Shown here: positions 61,396 to 64,000 of the stretch, one piece after another
Layout: every line of letters starts with the position of its first letter
Position numbering within the stretch: position 1 is the first letter of the stretch
Assembly: GCA_027251445.1 (NCBI GenBank)
Contig: JAPNQO010000079.1
Location: 46,348 to 110,347, forward strand
Reading direction: 5' to 3'
From: Fidelibacterota bacterium
GTDB lineage: Bacteria > Fidelibacterota > Marinisomatia > Marinisomatales > TCS55
Length of the DNA: 64,000 nucleotides
Translations under genes and position numbers: made by a program
The notes under the pieces: model-generated
The model's database searches: none
What the model was told of the DNA's origin: nothing
The model's input: only the letters and a program-made list of their open reading frames with translations

Positions 61396-62208
61396 ATGAA
61401 AAAATTAATTTTATCTACATTTTTATTAATGACTATGATGGTAGTTAGTTGTGAAGATGATGAATCTGCTGTTGAAGCTCCAACCGCAAGGTTTAATTAC
61501 ACCGTGGATGCAGATAATGGATTACTTGTTAATTTTACAAATGCATCATTAAATGCAGATACATATAGTTGGGATTTTGGCGATGGAGAATCATCAACTG
61601 AAACGAGTCCAAGCCATACGTATGCTGCTGATGGCACATATGATGTAACGTTAACTGCAACAAATTCTGGTGGTTCAAATTCTGTTACAAACCAACTAGA
61701 ACTTACAAGCGTATTAACACTGGCTGATCTCAATGATACTTGGAAAGTAGCTCCAGAAGCTGGTGCATTAGCTGTAGGCCCAACTCAGGGAGATGGAAGT
61801 TGGTGGTCATTGTCAGAGGATGACGTTACAACAAGATCATGCTTTATGGATGACAAATATACGCTAGGAAGTGATGGCTCGTTCTCCATTGCAATGGATG
61901 GAGAAACATGGTTGGAAGGATTTCAAGGGGTTGATTCTGATCAGTGTGGTGCGCCTGTTGCACCTCATGATGGATCTGGATCATATACTTATGATGCAAC
62001 GGCAACAACACTAACCTTATCTGGTGAAGGTGCCTTTATGGGTTTACCTAAAGCCAATAATGCAGGTGAACTTCCAAACGTTGATGTTCCAACATCAAGT
62101 ACCTATACAATTACAGAATTTGTCAGAGAAGGTTCTGGCAAAAGACTTGTATTAGATATTGAATGTGGCACTGGTCTTTGGTGGCGTTTTACGTTTGTTT
62201 CCCAGTAA
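61396..62208 (+). CDS. PKD-domain lipoprotein with a probable glycan-binding module
   Basis: VVSC lipobox, YSWDFGDG PKD motif, Trp-rich C-terminal module. Confidence 0.8.
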   Translation: MKKLILSTFLLMTMMVVSCEDDESAVEAPTARFNYTVDADNGLLVNFTNASLNADTYSWDFGDGESSTETSPSHTYAADGTYDVTLTATNSGGSNSVTNQLELTSVLTLADLNDTWKVAPEAGALAVGPTQGDGSWWSLSEDDVTTRSCFMDDKYTLGSDGSFSIAMDGETWLEGFQGVDSDQCGAPVAPHDGSGSYTYDATATTLTLSGEGAFMGLPKANNAGELPNVDVPTSSTYTITEFVREGSGKRLVLDIECGTGLWWRFTFVSQ

Positions 62209-62221
62209 ATAACCTAATGTT

Positions 62222-62263
62222 GATAATATTATGTGGCAGTTTCATCTGCCACATAATATTATC
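62222..62263 (+). terminator. 18-bp perfect intergenic hairpin
   Basis: GATAATATTATGTGGCAG-TTTCAT-CTGCCACATAATATTATC, 13 nt after the PKD gene stop. Confidence 0.6.
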
Positions 62264-62348
62264 TATTCCACTACTCATAAAAAATCATGATTAATATTTT
62301 TCCAACTGTAAAATACAATCTAACTGGTATTAATAATTAACTTCATCT

Positions 62349-63512
62349 ATGAAAATTTTTTGGATACTTACAGTTCTATTTATAATGAATGCATGCAATT
62401 CAGATGACGATGATATTGTTCCTAGCGTTTCTATTGAAAGCATTCAAATTGAAGAAGGAAATACGATTAATAATCTTGAAATCGCTTTGACGCTAAGCAA
62501 TACTGTTGATTATGATTTATCTGTGGATGTTCGCACTGTTGATGGTACTGCTATCAAGGGTTTAGATTACACGGAATTAAATGAAGTAATTATTTTTAAC
62601 GCTGGAGAACAAGAGGCCACCTTTACTATTCAAATTATTGGTGATAATATACCTGAGTATACCGAGATATTTTCAATAAGGCTTGAAAATCCATATAATG
62701 TAACTATTGATATAAACTTTGCTACAGTAACTATTTTAAATGATGATGAACATGTTTTTTCAATTCCTGAAACCGGTTATTCTACGCCTGAATCATATGA
62801 TGGAATGGAATTAGTTTGGAGTGATGAATTTGATGCCTCCAGTATTGATAATAGCAACTGGACATTTGAAACTGGAACCGGAAATTGGGGATGGGGAAAT
62901 AATGAATTGCAATATTATCAAGAAAATAATACAAGCATAATTGATGGGAATCTTGTGATCGAAGCCCGTAAGGAATCTGTTGATAATAGTAACTATACTT
63001 CTTCCCGAATAATTACTAGAGATAAAAAATCTTTTAAATATGGCCGGGTAGATATTCGTGCCGTAATGCCTGAGGGGCAAGGTATATGGCCAGCATTATG
63101 GATGCTTGGGAGTAATCATTTCCAAGTTGGGTGGCCTACTTGTGGTGAAATTGATATTATGGAAATGATTGGTGGTGGAGATGGAAGAGATAATGTACTT
63201 CGTGGAACCGCACATTGGAATCAAGGCGGTCATGTATCATATGGTCAAGGGTATACACATGAGGCAAACTTAAGTGATGAATATCATGTCTATTCAATTA
63301 TTTGGGATGACCAGAGCATACGTTGGTATTTTGATGATATAAACTTCAACACTATGGATATTACATCAGAAGCTTTAAGTGCATTCCATAATAATTTCTA
63401 TTTTATAATGAACGTTGCAGTTGGCGGCGTGTGGCCTGGTAGTCCTGATAATACGACATTATTCCCACAATGGATGATCGTGGACTACATACGTGTTTTT
63501 CAGGAAAACTAA
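62349..63512 (+). CDS. GH16 beta-1,3-glucanase (laminarinase-like) lipoprotein with Calx-beta domain
   Basis: MNAC lipobox, TVDGTAIKGLDY Calx-beta, WSDEFD, GWGNNELQYY, WPALWMLG, GEIDIME. Confidence 0.92.
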   Translation: MKIFWILTVLFIMNACNSDDDDIVPSVSIESIQIEEGNTINNLEIALTLSNTVDYDLSVDVRTVDGTAIKGLDYTELNEVIIFNAGEQEATFTIQIIGDNIPEYTEIFSIRLENPYNVTIDINFATVTILNDDEHVFSIPETGYSTPESYDGMELVWSDEFDASSIDNSNWTFETGTGNWGWGNNELQYYQENNTSIIDGNLVIEARKESVDNSNYTSSRIITRDKKSFKYGRVDIRAVMPEGQGIWPALWMLGSNHFQVGWPTCGEIDIMEMIGGGDGRDNVLRGTAHWNQGGHVSYGQGYTHEANLSDEYHVYSIIWDDQSIRWYFDDINFNTMDITSEALSAFHNNFYFIMNVAVGGVWPGSPDNTTLFPQWMIVDYIRVFQEN

Positions 63513-63535
63513 TTAAAATTCTATAAATCACATTA

Positions 63536-63567
63536 TTTGTGATTCAATCAGAATTTGTTTATTTTCG
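63536..63567 (+). promoter_or_regulatory. Putative promoter TTTG-N20-TATTTTCG
   Basis: Close to the Bacteroidetes -33/-7 consensus; lies upstream of an AAGGAG SD and ATG 63621. Confidence 0.45.
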
Positions 63568-63620
63568 TACGAATCAAGTCAAAAACAAAATTTTTGTTAT
63601 TAGTTTAAGGAGATATAAAC

Positions 63621-64000
63621 ATGAAGTTTTCCAAATTATTACAATTATTTATCATTCTATCAATTATAATCATTCCCTCATGTGATGACACCGATGAAGA
63701 GCTGGTAATCCCTGAAGAGGTTACACTTATTTCTTTTCAAGAAGGGACTTTTACTGAAGATGAATTCATTATTTTCTTAACTGAGGACCCGAACGGTAAA
63801 ACTATTTCATTTGGTCCTGGAACATATAGTTTTACTAATACAATTCCACTTGCAGATATTGATAATCTCACTATAATGGGAGCAGGGATTAATGAAACAT
63901 ATTTTGATTTTAGCAATTCAACATCTACAACTGGAGAGGGTATTGCAGCTGTAGATTGTTCTAATTTGCTTTTCTGTGGATTTACTATTCAGAATACCAA
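63621..64000 (+). CDS. Parallel beta-helix lipoprotein, partial
   Basis: Manual translation MKFSKLLQLFIILSIIIIPSCDDTDEE...GKTISFGPGTYSF...NLTIMGAGINETYFDF...GFTIQNT; AAGGAG SD; no stop before the edge. Confidence 0.7.
   Translation, partial: MKFSKLLQLFIILSIIIIPSCDDTDEELVIPEEVTLISFQEGTFTEDEFIIFLTEDPNGKTISFGPGTYSFTNTIPLADIDNLTIMGAGINETYFDFSNSTSTTGEGIAAVDCSNLLFCGFTIQNT

Noticed and set aside
296..63080. Many short (about 60-140 aa) ORFs in the track, antisense or out of frame to long genes
   Set aside because: They are nested in well-supported genes, lack motifs, and have typical shadow-ORF composition
63526..63544. Small inverted repeat AATCACA-TTATT-TGTGATT after GH16
   Set aside because: Weak AT-rich 7-bp stem with no U-tract; overlaps the putative -33 box; function not supportable
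1..64000. CRISPR arrays, tRNA/rRNA genes, IS elements, integrases, prophage or defence genes
   Set aside because: I saw no spaced direct repeats, tRNA-like sequence or transposase/phage motifs; intergenic gaps are short apart from rnpB

Overview
AT-rich, gene-dense bacterial chromosome segment, mostly minus-strand housekeeping operons. The short RpoD lacking region 1.1, DUF4835, DUF2723, DUF4159/DUF4175 and the archaeal-like GlmM point to the FCB superphylum. A streamlined marine lineage such as Ca. Marinimicrobia is plausible, but that is inference. Core genes: a Yip1/TolC/MacA/ABC exporter, cca, recG, valS, rlmD, glmM, rpsU, rpoD, rsmA, tatD, metG, holB, envC, mazG, ybeY, fabH and the RNase P RNA. 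An accessory-looking right end carries an M14 peptidase, Tat-exported sugar redox enzymes, lipid/SCP2 genes and a laminarin-type lipoprotein cluster. I saw no tRNA, rRNA, CRISPR array or mobile element. Most notable: (1) a deoC operon with an apparently split ALDH16-like pair; (2) a TMEM260/GT117-like glycosyltransferase with a GT2; (3) an exported DUF4159-DUF4175-TPR-GATase-like module; (4) stand-alone cNMP-binding proteins coupled to a K+ channel and an AI-2E transporter; (5) holB broken at an A_AAA_AAT heptamer; (6) an SDR that appears to need an ATT start; (7) a terminator-like palindrome in the leader of the zinc-ribbon/rnpB unit. Family assignments come from motif recognition, not database searches.
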